Source: an uncultured candidate division Zixibacteria bacterium
GTDB taxonomy: Bacteria; Zixibacteria; MSB-5A5; RBG-16-43-9
Length of the DNA: 64,000 nucleotides
Direction of reading: 5' to 3'
Assembly (NCBI GenBank): GCA_963713865.1
Contig: OY970208.1
Location: 1,312,001-1,376,000 of the forward strand
A program made the position numbers and the translations under genes. Numbering within the stretch: the first letter of the stretch is position 1; each line of letters starts with the position of its first letter. The notes beneath the pieces are model-generated. The model was not told where the DNA came from, ran no database searches, and saw only the letters and a list, made by a program, of their open reading frames with translations. Shown here piece by piece: positions 52,931 through 61,471 of the stretch.

Positions 52931-53434
52931 ATGGACTCTTTACAAAATCGTCACGTTAAAAATCCATCTGACAAAGTCCTTCGTAAAGAGGTAGTTGTTC
53001 CTGCTTCTTTAAAAGAGGTTTGGAATGCCTGGACTACAACAGAAGGGGTTAAGACTTTTTTCTCATCTGATGCGAAAATTGAGTTAGCTATTGGCGGTGC
53101 TTATGAGATTTATTTTATTCTTGAAGCACCTTATGGTTTAAAAGGGTCAGAGGACTGTAAGATTTTGAGTTGCCTTCCAATGGAGATGCTGTCTTTTGAA
53201 TGGAACGCTCCGCCGGATTTTGGAGAGCTTCGCGGACAACATACCAGAGTGGTTTTGCAGTTTCAGGAGATCGAGCCGGGTAAGGTAAAAATCATTTTAT
53301 CGCACCTTGGTTGGGGTGAGGGAGAGGACTGGGATAAACTGTTTAACTATTTCGACAGAGCCTGGTCGTATGTGCTCAATAACCTCAAAAAGCGTTTTAC
53401 CGAAGGACCGATCGACTGGTCTGAAAAAAGATAG
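52931..53434 (+). CDS. SRPBCC/AHSA1 domain protein
   Basis: VWNAWTT.EG..FF, GG.Y, LSFEWNAPP, W..VL.NLK. Confidence 0.88.
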   Translation: MDSLQNRHVKNPSDKVLRKEVVVPASLKEVWNAWTTTEGVKTFFSSDAKIELAIGGAYEIYFILEAPYGLKGSEDCKILSCLPMEMLSFEWNAPPDFGELRGQHTRVVLQFQEIEPGKVKIILSHLGWGEGEDWDKLFNYFDRAWSYVLNNLKKRFTEGPIDWSEKR

Positions 53435-53750
53435 TGGACAGTGAGCAGTAGCATCCGCAGGACGAAAAAACGTCTGGGATAAACCCAGACGCTACGAAAA
53501 AAACGTAGTGAAACCCGTTTCCAAATAACGAAGACTACGAGCCTGCCAGCCCGTTGGACGTCTGGCGTTGCCAACGTATGACAGACAGGATCGCCAAGCG
53601 AGGCTGAAGGTCTTGCCCTACAGCTTTATGTTCGGACAGGGACAAGCCCTGTCCCTACGAAATACTACTTCTCCCGATATTGCGAGATGGAGGTGAAGTC
53701 CCGCCAAAGGCGGGGCTTCGTCGTCCCTGAGGGGGACTCCTCGCAATGAC
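53432..53750. repeat. Composite REP-like cluster (direct repeat copy plus further palindromes)
   Basis: See 52748-52914; followed by GGACAGGG..CCCTGTCCCTAC and ATTGCGAG..CTCGCAATGAC. Confidence 0.8.
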
Positions 53751-54066
53751 TTTTTTTCATGTATTTGTCATCTTTAATCGGTCATCTGTTATTGTCTTTT
53801 TTGGGTATTAAAGCTCCACTCTTTTCTGACGATAAAGTTAATAGACTTCTATAAATAAAATTACTTTAACCACTTAGGGGTGTGTAAAAATTAAACAGTT
53901 CGAAAAAATCAGATTATTTTAAAATAAATCAAAGAATTGCTTTTATTTAAATTTACAAATAAGGGAACAAGGAAAATGGGAAAGGCTTCTGTTTTTATTT
54001 TCCTTTTTTCTTCTTCTCCTATGAATCCAAATTAGGACTTTTTCCATTTTTTGAGAGGAGGAACAG

Positions 54067-56142
54067 ATGCAAAATTTAATTAACGGATACCTGCAGCTTT
54101 TGATCTTTGGCACCTTTTTGATACTTGTTTTAAAGTTCGAGCAAAAATATTTTAAGTTCTATCCGGGCGTAAAATGGAGTTTGGCTTCAGGGTTTTTACT
54201 TTTGTTTCTGGGAGCTTTCTCAAGTTTCATCCTGCCCTTAACTGATATTTCCCTGCCATTTAATTCTAATCTTAAAGCCGGAGCTGAAACGGGCATATAT
54301 CTTTTAGGTGGCATCCTGATACTTTCAGGTTTGAAGAGCTGGTTTTCGCATCTATCCAGGACGAAATCGATATCAACCAGACGTCTTAAGAGATTAGCCT
54401 GCTTGAAGCAGATTCAATCTCTTTCGCAAAACAATCAGGAACTGGAGATGAATTTAAAAGAAGCTTTTAACAAAGTAATGCATTTTATGGGGTATCGAAA
54501 AGGTGTTCTTTATCGCTCTACTTTTAACTCTCCGGAGATGTTCCTCCTTTCCCATTTCAATCTTACTCCAGAAGAGATCCTGCAATTTTATGGTCTAAAT
54601 TTGAGTGAAGGTTTCTATAGCGATGCCCTTAAAACCAGGGAGGTTATTTCCATAAACCAGTTCAAGGGTTCAACTGAAGGGCAGAAGCTTTTCCCGGACG
54701 GAAAGGAGATTTGTGCTTTTGCCTGTGTTCCCCTAAAATATTCTTCTAAGGTTTTCGGGCTTTTGTGCATCTACGACTCGGACCCGGAAAGGTTTGTGTT
54801 TGAAGAAGCTCAATTCCTCGCCAGCCTGAAAGATGCTTTTGGTTTAATGATCGAGCAGTCTCTTCTCTTGGAGAAAACAAAAATTCGCCAGAGACATTTA
54901 GAAACAGCAGATGAGATCAGCAAAGTCATGCTGGAGTCAAAAAGCTATGAAGAGGATTTACCATCCCTGGCTCATAATCTCAGAAAGGTGTTTGATTTCG
55001 ATTATCTCTCTCTATCTTTAGTGGAGGGTTCGGGTAAAAATGTAAAGAAGTTCTCTTTAGGTATAGGAGAAAATATCCTATTAGATAAGAATGCCAATCT
55101 ACCCGTATACGGCACCTCTATTGGCTGGGTTATCGATTCCGGAGAACCTCTAATCGAATCCGATGTTGAATCAAAGGGATACTATGAGGATAATCTCTCA
55201 AAACTCTTGGGTGTTCGCTCAAAAATTGTTTTACCTTTGAAGATCAAAGATAATATCATCGGGACATTGAGTATGGGAAGCAAAAATCCAAATCTTTATA
55301 ATGCAAAATCTATTAAGAAATTGAGTTTGTTTTCATCTCTTTTCTCTCTTTACTTACAGAGAAAGAAATTGAAAGATTCGATAAATCAGGAACAAGAGTA
55401 TTTTCAAACCTTCTCCGCTCATCTTCTGGAATTTCTCAACCATGGAGATCTTAAAGGGTATCTGAATGGCTTGTCTGAAAATCTAACTCAGATCCTGCCA
55501 GTCAGTTTCTGCCGGATCTCTTTCTTAAATCCTGAAAAAAATAACTTAGAGCTTTATTCCAGTTACAAAAGGAGAGAGGATATTAGCTTCTTACCCCAGG
55601 GCTCACAACCTTTAGAGGCTCTGCCCTGGCATCGTTTAACTTTGGAAATTAAAAAGCCGATGCTGATAAATCAGGATGATCCGGAAAGCACAATCTCCCG
55701 GGAAGAATCAACTCTCTTTTTGACTCCAAATCTGAAATCAGCCCTGCTTTTACCGCTGGTACATAAAGACCAGAGCGTAGGCTTAGTCTCCTTAGGTGAG
55801 ATGAGGAGCTGGGAACGCAGACCTTTCAGAAAAAAAGAGATAGATTTCGTGGAAAAAATTGGTGAGCAGATAAGCTTTGTTCGTAAAGAGAGTTTATCTA
55901 GAGGATTTTTCGATCCTAAACCCCGAACCTATTTAGACCCAAGCATATCACAGTTTGGATTAGAGGTTAACAATTCACTCACCTCGATAATCGGTTCGGT
56001 AGAGCTTCTTAATCTAAAGAAAAATTTAACTGAGGAGAAATCAGAGCGATATCTAAAAATCATTGAAAAAGGAGCGCTAAGGATAAAAGATAATATGGAA
56101 AAACTTTTCAATCAGCCAGATTCTGTTCTCATAGAAAAGTAA
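54067..56142 (+). CDS. Membrane multi-GAF protein ending in a degenerate HisKA-like helix pair
   Basis: 3 N-terminal TM; three GAF-like segments (ACVPL, IVLPL, LLLPL); GLEVNNSLTSIIGSVELL; no HATPase domain. Confidence 0.8.
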   Translation: MQNLINGYLQLLIFGTFLILVLKFEQKYFKFYPGVKWSLASGFLLLFLGAFSSFILPLTDISLPFNSNLKAGAETGIYLLGGILILSGLKSWFSHLSRTKSISTRRLKRLACLKQIQSLSQNNQELEMNLKEAFNKVMHFMGYRKGVLYRSTFNSPEMFLLSHFNLTPEEILQFYGLNLSEGFYSDALKTREVISINQFKGSTEGQKLFPDGKEICAFACVPLKYSSKVFGLLCIYDSDPERFVFEEAQFLASLKDAFGLMIEQSLLLEKTKIRQRHLETADEISKVMLESKSYEEDLPSLAHNLRKVFDFDYLSLSLVEGSGKNVKKFSLGIGENILLDKNANLPVYGTSIGWVIDSGEPLIESDVESKGYYEDNLSKLLGVRSKIVLPLKIKDNIIGTLSMGSKNPNLYNAKSIKKLSLFSSLFSLYLQRKKLKDSINQEQEYFQTFSAHLLEFLNHGDLKGYLNGLSENLTQILPVSFCRISFLNPEKNNLELYSSYKRREDISFLPQGSQPLEALPWHRLTLEIKKPMLINQDDPESTISREESTLFLTPNLKSALLLPLVHKDQSVGLVSLGEMRSWERRPFRKKEIDFVEKIGEQISFVRKESLSRGFFDPKPRTYLDPSISQFGLEVNNSLTSIIGSVELLNLKKNLTEEKSERYLKIIEKGALRIKDNMEKLFNQPDSVLIEK

Positions 56143-56416
56143 ATTAAAAACTCAGGAAGGAATCAGGTAACAATTAATTAGTCCAAATGTGGATCTTTAG
56201 AAGATCCAGAAAAAGATAAGAATCGTTTTATTGAAAAATAGAAACTTCTTAAGGCTATAGATAATATTTTTTCCATATCGGCATTTTTTCTGCCATTTCT
56301 TTTATCAAAAATCAAATTAAGAAATAAAGAACATTTTCCGAAAATTAAGAAGCAGGGGAGTCTATAAATTTTAGGTGGATTTTTATTGAAAAAAGAAAAA
56401 TAAGTTGGAGGATTAG

Positions 56417-56845
56417 GTGGTAGAAAACTCAGGAGAGGTAAAAGGGACGGATTTAGGATTTACCGAGGAAGAGGCTAAAACAAAATTAAAGATTTTGGTG
56501 GTGGATGATGATGAGAATATAAGAGAAGTCCTGTCCGATCTTCTGCTTTTAGAAGGGTATGAAATTCTTTTAGCAGAAGATGGGGAACAAGCTCTCCTAA
56601 TTTTCGAGGAAATCCTGCCGGATGTGGTTATTACTGACTTGGGGATGCCGGGCATCTCAGGCTGGGAAGTGGCTAGAAGGATAAAAAGCAAAGACCCATC
56701 CAAAAAAGTTATCGTGATCTCAGGCTGGGGAGCCACCTTACAAAAAGACCAGCTTGAGGAGAACTACGTTGACCAGGTTCTGCCAAAACCTTTCCATTTA
56801 GAGCAAGTTAAAAAAATCATTGTGGAGGTGATGTCGAAGACATAG
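56417..56845 (+). CDS. Single-domain response regulator receiver
   Basis: ILVVDDD, ITDLGMP, ISGW, KPF. Confidence 0.92.
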   Translation: MVENSGEVKGTDLGFTEEEAKTKLKILVVDDDENIREVLSDLLLLEGYEILLAEDGEQALLIFEEILPDVVITDLGMPGISGWEVARRIKSKDPSKKVIVISGWGATLQKDQLEENYVDQVLPKPFHLEQVKKIIVEVMSKT

Positions 56846-56926
56846 GAATAGATTACACAATCCTGGTTACAGATATCTAAGGTAGGGGCACCGCATGATG
56901 TGCCCCTACTTCTTTTCAAAAAATCC

Positions 56927-56954
56927 TTGACTCTTTGCGTATTTTTTATATAAT
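56927..56954 (+). promoter_or_regulatory. Sigma-70 promoter of rib operon
   Basis: TTGACT-N16-TATAAT just upstream of the riboswitch. Confidence 0.7.
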
Positions 56955-56962
56955 TGTCTCAA

Positions 56963-57081
56963 GCCCTTCGGGGTGAGGTGTAATTCCTCGATCGGTGGTT
57001 AAAGCCCACGTTCCCCGCCTGCGGCGGGGTTGAACTGGTGCGATTCCAGTGCCGACGGTTAAAGTCCGGATGGAAGAAGGG
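56963..57081 (+). promoter_or_regulatory. FMN riboswitch (RFN element)
   Basis: CTTCGGGG..GGTGTAATTCC..ATCGGTGG..AAAGCCCACG...GGTGCGATTCC.GTGCCGACGG..AAAGTCCGGATGGAAGAAG, upstream of ribD. Confidence 0.95.
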
Positions 57082-57130
57082 AGAAAAGCAGGCTATAGGC
57101 TAAAGTCTTAAGGCTATAGTCGAAAGGATA

Positions 57131-57170
57131 AAAAATAACCCTACCCCGAAGAAATGCGGGATTTTTTATT
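57131..57170 (+). terminator. Possible riboswitch-controlled terminator
   Basis: CCCG..CGGG hairpin followed by ATTTTTTATT before ribD. Confidence 0.45.
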
Positions 57171-57179
57171 AATAGTCTT

Positions 57180-58259
57180 ATGCAAGATACTAAGATGATG
57201 CAGTTGGCTTTAAGACTTGCCCGTAAAGGGGAAGGAAAAGTCTCTCCCAACCCTTTGGTTGGTGCAGTTATTGTAAAAGATGGCAAAATAGTTGGGTCAG
57301 GTTATCATAAACGATTTGGTGGACCTCATGCAGAGATTAATGCTTTGAAAGAAGCCGGGGGAAAAGCTAAAGGTGGAACTCTATACGTGAATTTGGAACC
57401 TCATTCTTTCCTTGGGAAAACCCCTCCCTGCACTGAAGCAATAATTGAAGCAGGAATTAAGAAAGTACTTTGCTCAATTATCGACCCTAATCCTCAGGTG
57501 AATGGTAAAGGAGTAAAAAAGTTAAAGTCTTCCGGGATACAGGTTGAAGTAGGCTTATTAAACCAAGAGGCAAAGAGATTAAATGAGGTTTATCTTAAAT
57601 ATATAACCACCAGAATCCCTTTTGTGATTTTGAAAGTAGCCCAGACTCTGGATGGTAAAATCGCAACACTTAATGGCAATTCAAAATGGATTACCTCAGA
57701 AACCTCACGGGAGTTTGTACATAAACTTAGAAGCAGTGTAGATGCAGTTTTAGTTGGCTCTAAAACGGTTATTAGAGATAATCCTGAATTGACCATTCAT
57801 AAAATTAAAGGGGAAAATCCCAAGAGGATAATCTTGACTACCTCAGGTCAACTTCCTCCTGATTCCCGAATACTGAAAAATAATAAAGATAATAAAACTA
57901 TCGTAGTAACCTCTAAGGTTACTTCACGTTTGAAGAGTTATCCCGCAGAGATATGGGAAGTGAAAAGAGACAGGGATGGGGGAATAGAGCTTAAAGAGTT
58001 CCTGAGAAAAGCAAGTCAAGAAGGAATTGTTTCTATTTTAGTAGAAGGGGGAAAAGAGATTTTCACCTCTTTTATCAGGAACAAGCTGGTAGATAAGGTC
58101 TATTATTTTTTAGCTCCAAAAATCTTAGGGAAAGGTCTGGAGACTTTCGGGGATTTGGGGATAAACAGGATAAAGGATTCCCTGGATTTGAAAGATGTTG
58201 AGCTTAAAAGGTTTTCGGATGATCTGCTTTTAATCGGTTATCCGGAATGGAGGAATTGA
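57180..58259 (+). CDS. ribD: Bifunctional diaminohydroxyphosphoribosylaminopyrimidine deaminase / reductase
   Basis: PNPLVGAVIV, HAE, TPPC, AQTLDGKIA, SKWIT, VEGG. Confidence 0.95.
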   Translation: MQDTKMMQLALRLARKGEGKVSPNPLVGAVIVKDGKIVGSGYHKRFGGPHAEINALKEAGGKAKGGTLYVNLEPHSFLGKTPPCTEAIIEAGIKKVLCSIIDPNPQVNGKGVKKLKSSGIQVEVGLLNQEAKRLNEVYLKYITTRIPFVILKVAQTLDGKIATLNGNSKWITSETSREFVHKLRSSVDAVLVGSKTVIRDNPELTIHKIKGENPKRIILTTSGQLPPDSRILKNNKDNKTIVVTSKVTSRLKSYPAEIWEVKRDRDGGIELKEFLRKASQEGIVSILVEGGKEIFTSFIRNKLVDKVYYFLAPKILGKGLETFGDLGINRIKDSLDLKDVELKRFSDDLLLIGYPEWRN

Positions 58260-58261
58260 AG

Positions 58262-58900
58262 GTGTTCACCGGGATTATCGAGGAGATTGGTGAGATCGAA
58301 TATATCTCCTCAGGTATAAAAAGCAAGAATCTAAAGATAAAAGCAGAAAAGGTCTTGAAAGATCTGAAAATCGGGGATAGCATGAATATAAACGGTGCCT
58401 GTCAGACGGTAATAGAAGTTAAACAGAACAGTTTTGTGGTTCAGGCCGTGGAGGAGACTTTAAAAAAAACCAACCTGGGCAGGTTAAGAAAAAGGAATAG
58501 GGTAAACTTAGAAAGAGCTTTGAAACTATCTGATAGATTAAGTGGGCATCTTATAAGTGGTCATATCGATTGCACCGCCGAGATCAAATCTATTAATTCA
58601 ACCGGGGATAGTTTAATATACGAGATCAGTTTCCCCTTAGAATATGCGGATTTATTAGTGGAGAAAGGCTCAATTGCGGTCGAAGGGATAAGCCTGACCA
58701 TAGCTGAGTTGAAGAAAAGCTCTTTTGTAGTTTCGGTTATTCCTTTTACCCTCAAAACGACTAATTTAAAAGAAAAGAAAGTAAAAGATATAGTAAATTT
58801 AGAATTTGACCTGTTGGGGAAGTATGTTAAAAAAATGTTAAATGAAAAAGAAATTAAAGAAACTAAAATCACTGAGGAATGGCTTAGAGAAAAGCTATAA
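58262..58900 (+). CDS. ribE: Riboflavin synthase (alpha chain)
   Basis: (M)FTGIIEE from GTG 58262, GDS..INGAC.TV, VNLERA, GH...GHID, KGSIAV.GISLT. Confidence 0.95.
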   Translation: MFTGIIEEIGEIEYISSGIKSKNLKIKAEKVLKDLKIGDSMNINGACQTVIEVKQNSFVVQAVEETLKKTNLGRLRKRNRVNLERALKLSDRLSGHLISGHIDCTAEIKSINSTGDSLIYEISFPLEYADLLVEKGSIAVEGISLTIAELKKSSFVVSVIPFTLKTTNLKEKKVKDIVNLEFDLLGKYVKKMLNEKEIKETKITEEWLREKL

Positions 58901-58975
58901 GAAGTCTAAAGGCTATAGTCTAAAGGCAAAAAACCAATAGCTAAAAGCTAATTGCTAAATAGAAAGAGGTATATT

Positions 58976-60184
58976 ATGTCAGAGTTAAATATTATTGATG
59001 AGGCGATTGAAGAGATAAAAAAAGGGAAAATAGTCATCGTGGTAGATGATGCGGATCGGGAGAACGAAGGGGATATGATACTGGCAGCGGAGAAGGCAAC
59101 TCCAGAGAGTATAAATTTTATCTCCAAATATGCCCGCGGATTGATCTGTGTTCCTCTGACCACAAAAAGATTAGAAGAGCTAAAACTACACCCCATGGTA
59201 GGGGTGAATACTGCTAAGATGGGGACTCGTTTTACCATCTCGGTGGATGCGGTTAATAATACCACTACCGGGATTTCAGCTCATGACCGTGCCCAGACCA
59301 TAAAGACTTTGATAGATTGCAAAACCAAACCTGAGGATTTGGCTCGACCAGGTCATATCTTTCCTATTCAGGCATTAGATGGTGGGGTTTTGAGCCGGGC
59401 CGGGCATACTGAAGCAGCAGTTGATTTGGCTAAAATAGCGGGATTATATCCAGCTGGAGTTTTATGTGAGATAATGGATGAGGATGGGCATATGGCACGC
59501 TTGCCCAAGTTAAAAGAAATGGCTGAAAAATTTGACTTAAAAATTATCTCGGTAAAAAATTTAATCGAATACCGGAGAAGGACTGAGAAGTTGATTGAGA
59601 AGATAGTAACCGTTAATTTCCCAACTGAGTTTGGAAAATTCAAGCTGCATTTATACAAGAGTTCTATTGATGAACATCATCATTTAGCTCTGGAAAAAGG
59701 TGAGGTTAAAGGTAAGGAGAATGTTTTAGTCAGAGTTCATTCCCAGTGTTTGACCGGAGACGTTTTCCATTCGAGAAGATGTGATTGTGGTGACCAGCTT
59801 TCTACTGCTCTATCTATGATAGAGAGTGAAGGATCAGGGGTTTTTCTGTATATGCGACAGGAGGGAAGGGGGATAGGCTTAGCCAATAAGATTTTGGCTT
59901 ATGAATTGCAGGATTTAGGTCGGGATACAGTTGAGGCTAACTTAGAATTAGGTTTTGATGCGGATTTAAGGGATTATGGTGTCGGTGCACAGATTTTGGT
60001 TGATATGGGTTTAAGCAGTATAAGACTGGTCACCAATAATCCACGGAAGATAATCGGTATCGAAGGTTATGGTCTTAAAGTAGTGGAAAGGATTCCTATG
60101 GAGATAAATCCAACTCCTGAAAACCTGAAATATCTTGAGACTAAGAGAGATAAGTTAGGACATCTGCTGAGGATAAAAAAATAA
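58976..60184 (+). CDS. ribBA: Bifunctional DHBP synthase / GTP cyclohydrolase II
   Basis: [33 protein letters not shown]...[14 protein letters not shown]. Confidence 0.97.
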   Translation: MSELNIIDEAIEEIKKGKIVIVVDDADRENEGDMILAAEKATPESINFISKYARGLICVPLTTKRLEELKLHPMVGVNTAKMGTRFTISVDAVNNTTTGISAHDRAQTIKTLIDCKTKPEDLARPGHIFPIQALDGGVLSRAGHTEAAVDLAKIAGLYPAGVLCEIMDEDGHMARLPKLKEMAEKFDLKIISVKNLIEYRRRTEKLIEKIVTVNFPTEFGKFKLHLYKSSIDEHHHLALEKGEVKGKENVLVRVHSQCLTGDVFHSRRCDCGDQLSTALSMIESEGSGVFLYMRQEGRGIGLANKILAYELQDLGRDTVEANLELGFDADLRDYGVGAQILVDMGLSSIRLVTNNPRKIIGIEGYGLKVVERIPMEINPTPENLKYLETKRDKLGHLLRIKK

Positions 60185-60227
60185 GGATTTGAATCAAATT
60201 AAGAAAAATATCAAAACAGGAGGATTT

Positions 60228-60692
60228 ATGCCTAAAACAATTAAGGGAAACCTGCAGGCGAAAGATAAAAGCTTTGCCCTGGTAACTTCTCGCTTTAATG
60301 AGTTTGTTACACAGAAGCTTATGGATGGAGCTTTAGATTGTCTTTACCGTCATGGTGCAGATGAGAAGAAAATAACTATTGTTTGGACTCCAGGTTCTTT
60401 TGAGATACCCTATGCCGCATCTAAACTGGCAAAGAGTAAAAAATATGATGCAGTAATTTGTTTAGGTGCGATTATAAAAGGGGATACCCCGCATTATGAT
60501 TATATCGCCAGCGAGGTTACCAAGGGAATAGCAAAAACCTCTTTAGAAACAGGAGTGCCGGTCATCTTCGGGATAATCACCACGGATAACCTGGAACAGG
60601 CAATCGAAAGAGCCGGGACCAAAGCCGGGAATAAAGGCTGGGATGCGGCATTATCGGCGATAGAGATGACCAATCTATTTGAACGAATATAG
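60228..60692 (+). CDS. ribH: 6,7-dimethyl-8-ribityllumazine synthase
   Basis: SRFN, PGSFEIP, LGAII.G.T.H, QAIERAG.KAGNKG; SD AGGAGG. Confidence 0.97.
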   Translation: MPKTIKGNLQAKDKSFALVTSRFNEFVTQKLMDGALDCLYRHGADEKKITIVWTPGSFEIPYAASKLAKSKKYDAVICLGAIIKGDTPHYDYIASEVTKGIAKTSLETGVPVIFGIITTDNLEQAIERAGTKAGNKGWDAALSAIEMTNLFERI

Positions 60693-60727
60693 AAAAAGAA
60701 TATGATTGATGTCGGATAAAAAATAAA

Positions 60728-60906
60728 GGCTATAGGCTAAAGTCTTAAGTCTAAAGTCTAAAATTTAAAAAAGAATAAAAGCAACATGCTACTGGCTGTG
60801 AGCTGAAAGCTAAACCAATAAGAGTCGCAGAGGAGAGGTTTTAGATCTCTCCGCCGAACCCTGAAGGCTCGGCTACTCGTCTACAAGCTAGTCGCTAACA
60901 GCTAAA
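60728..60906. repeat. Degenerate 7-mer arrays flanking a REP-like hairpin pair
   Basis: GGCTATA GGCTAAA GTCTTAA GTCTAAA GTCTAAA; GGCTACT CGTCTAC AAGCTAG TCGCTAA CAGCTAA. Confidence 0.7.
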
Positions 60907-60924
60907 TTTAAAAAAGAGAGGAAT

Positions 60925-61335
60925 ATGGGTAAAAGGAGGAAGGCAAGAGAGCTGGTTTTAAAGTCTCTTTATTCCTGGGAGATAAGCGGGAATAAGGCGG
61001 AGGAGGTTTTCAATGACCTTATTCCTAAAGAAGAGCTTGACCCTTCGTCTAAGCTTTTTGCTGGAGAGCTATTTAGAAAAGTAGTCGAAAATCAGAAGAA
61101 GATTGATGAGTTGATAAAGGAGAACGTTCAGCACTGGGATTTCTCCAGAATAGCGGTAGTAGATAAGAATATCTTAAGGATGGGTATCTGTGAAATTTTG
61201 TATATCGAAGATATTCCGTTAAAGGTCTCCTTAGACGAGGCAATTGAACTGGCAAAGAAGTATAGTTCTGAGGATTCTGGTTCCTTTGTGAACGGAGTTT
61301 TGGATGCTATAGCTAAGAAAATCAAAAAAGTGTAA
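60925..61335 (+). CDS. nusB: Transcription antitermination factor NusB
   Basis: RRKARE, W...RIA.VD..ILR, V..DEAIELAK.Y....S..FVNGVLD. Confidence 0.96.
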   Translation: MGKRRKARELVLKSLYSWEISGNKAEEVFNDLIPKEELDPSSKLFAGELFRKVVENQKKIDELIKENVQHWDFSRIAVVDKNILRMGICEILYIEDIPLKVSLDEAIELAKKYSSEDSGSFVNGVLDAIAKKIKKV

Positions 61336-61471
61336 AAGATTCGCAGGGGCGACCCGACGGGTTGCCACTATAATCTGAAGCAGGAATGTAACTAAGCAGG
61401 AAAAGATTGACAAATAGTTGAAAAGGCATATATTTATTTTTTTCGAGGTTTAGCAATGTTAATGGAGGTCA

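Noticed and set aside
50350-53750. Classical integron
   Set aside because: No intI gene, and no consistent RYYYAAC...GTTRRRY attC sites were recognised.
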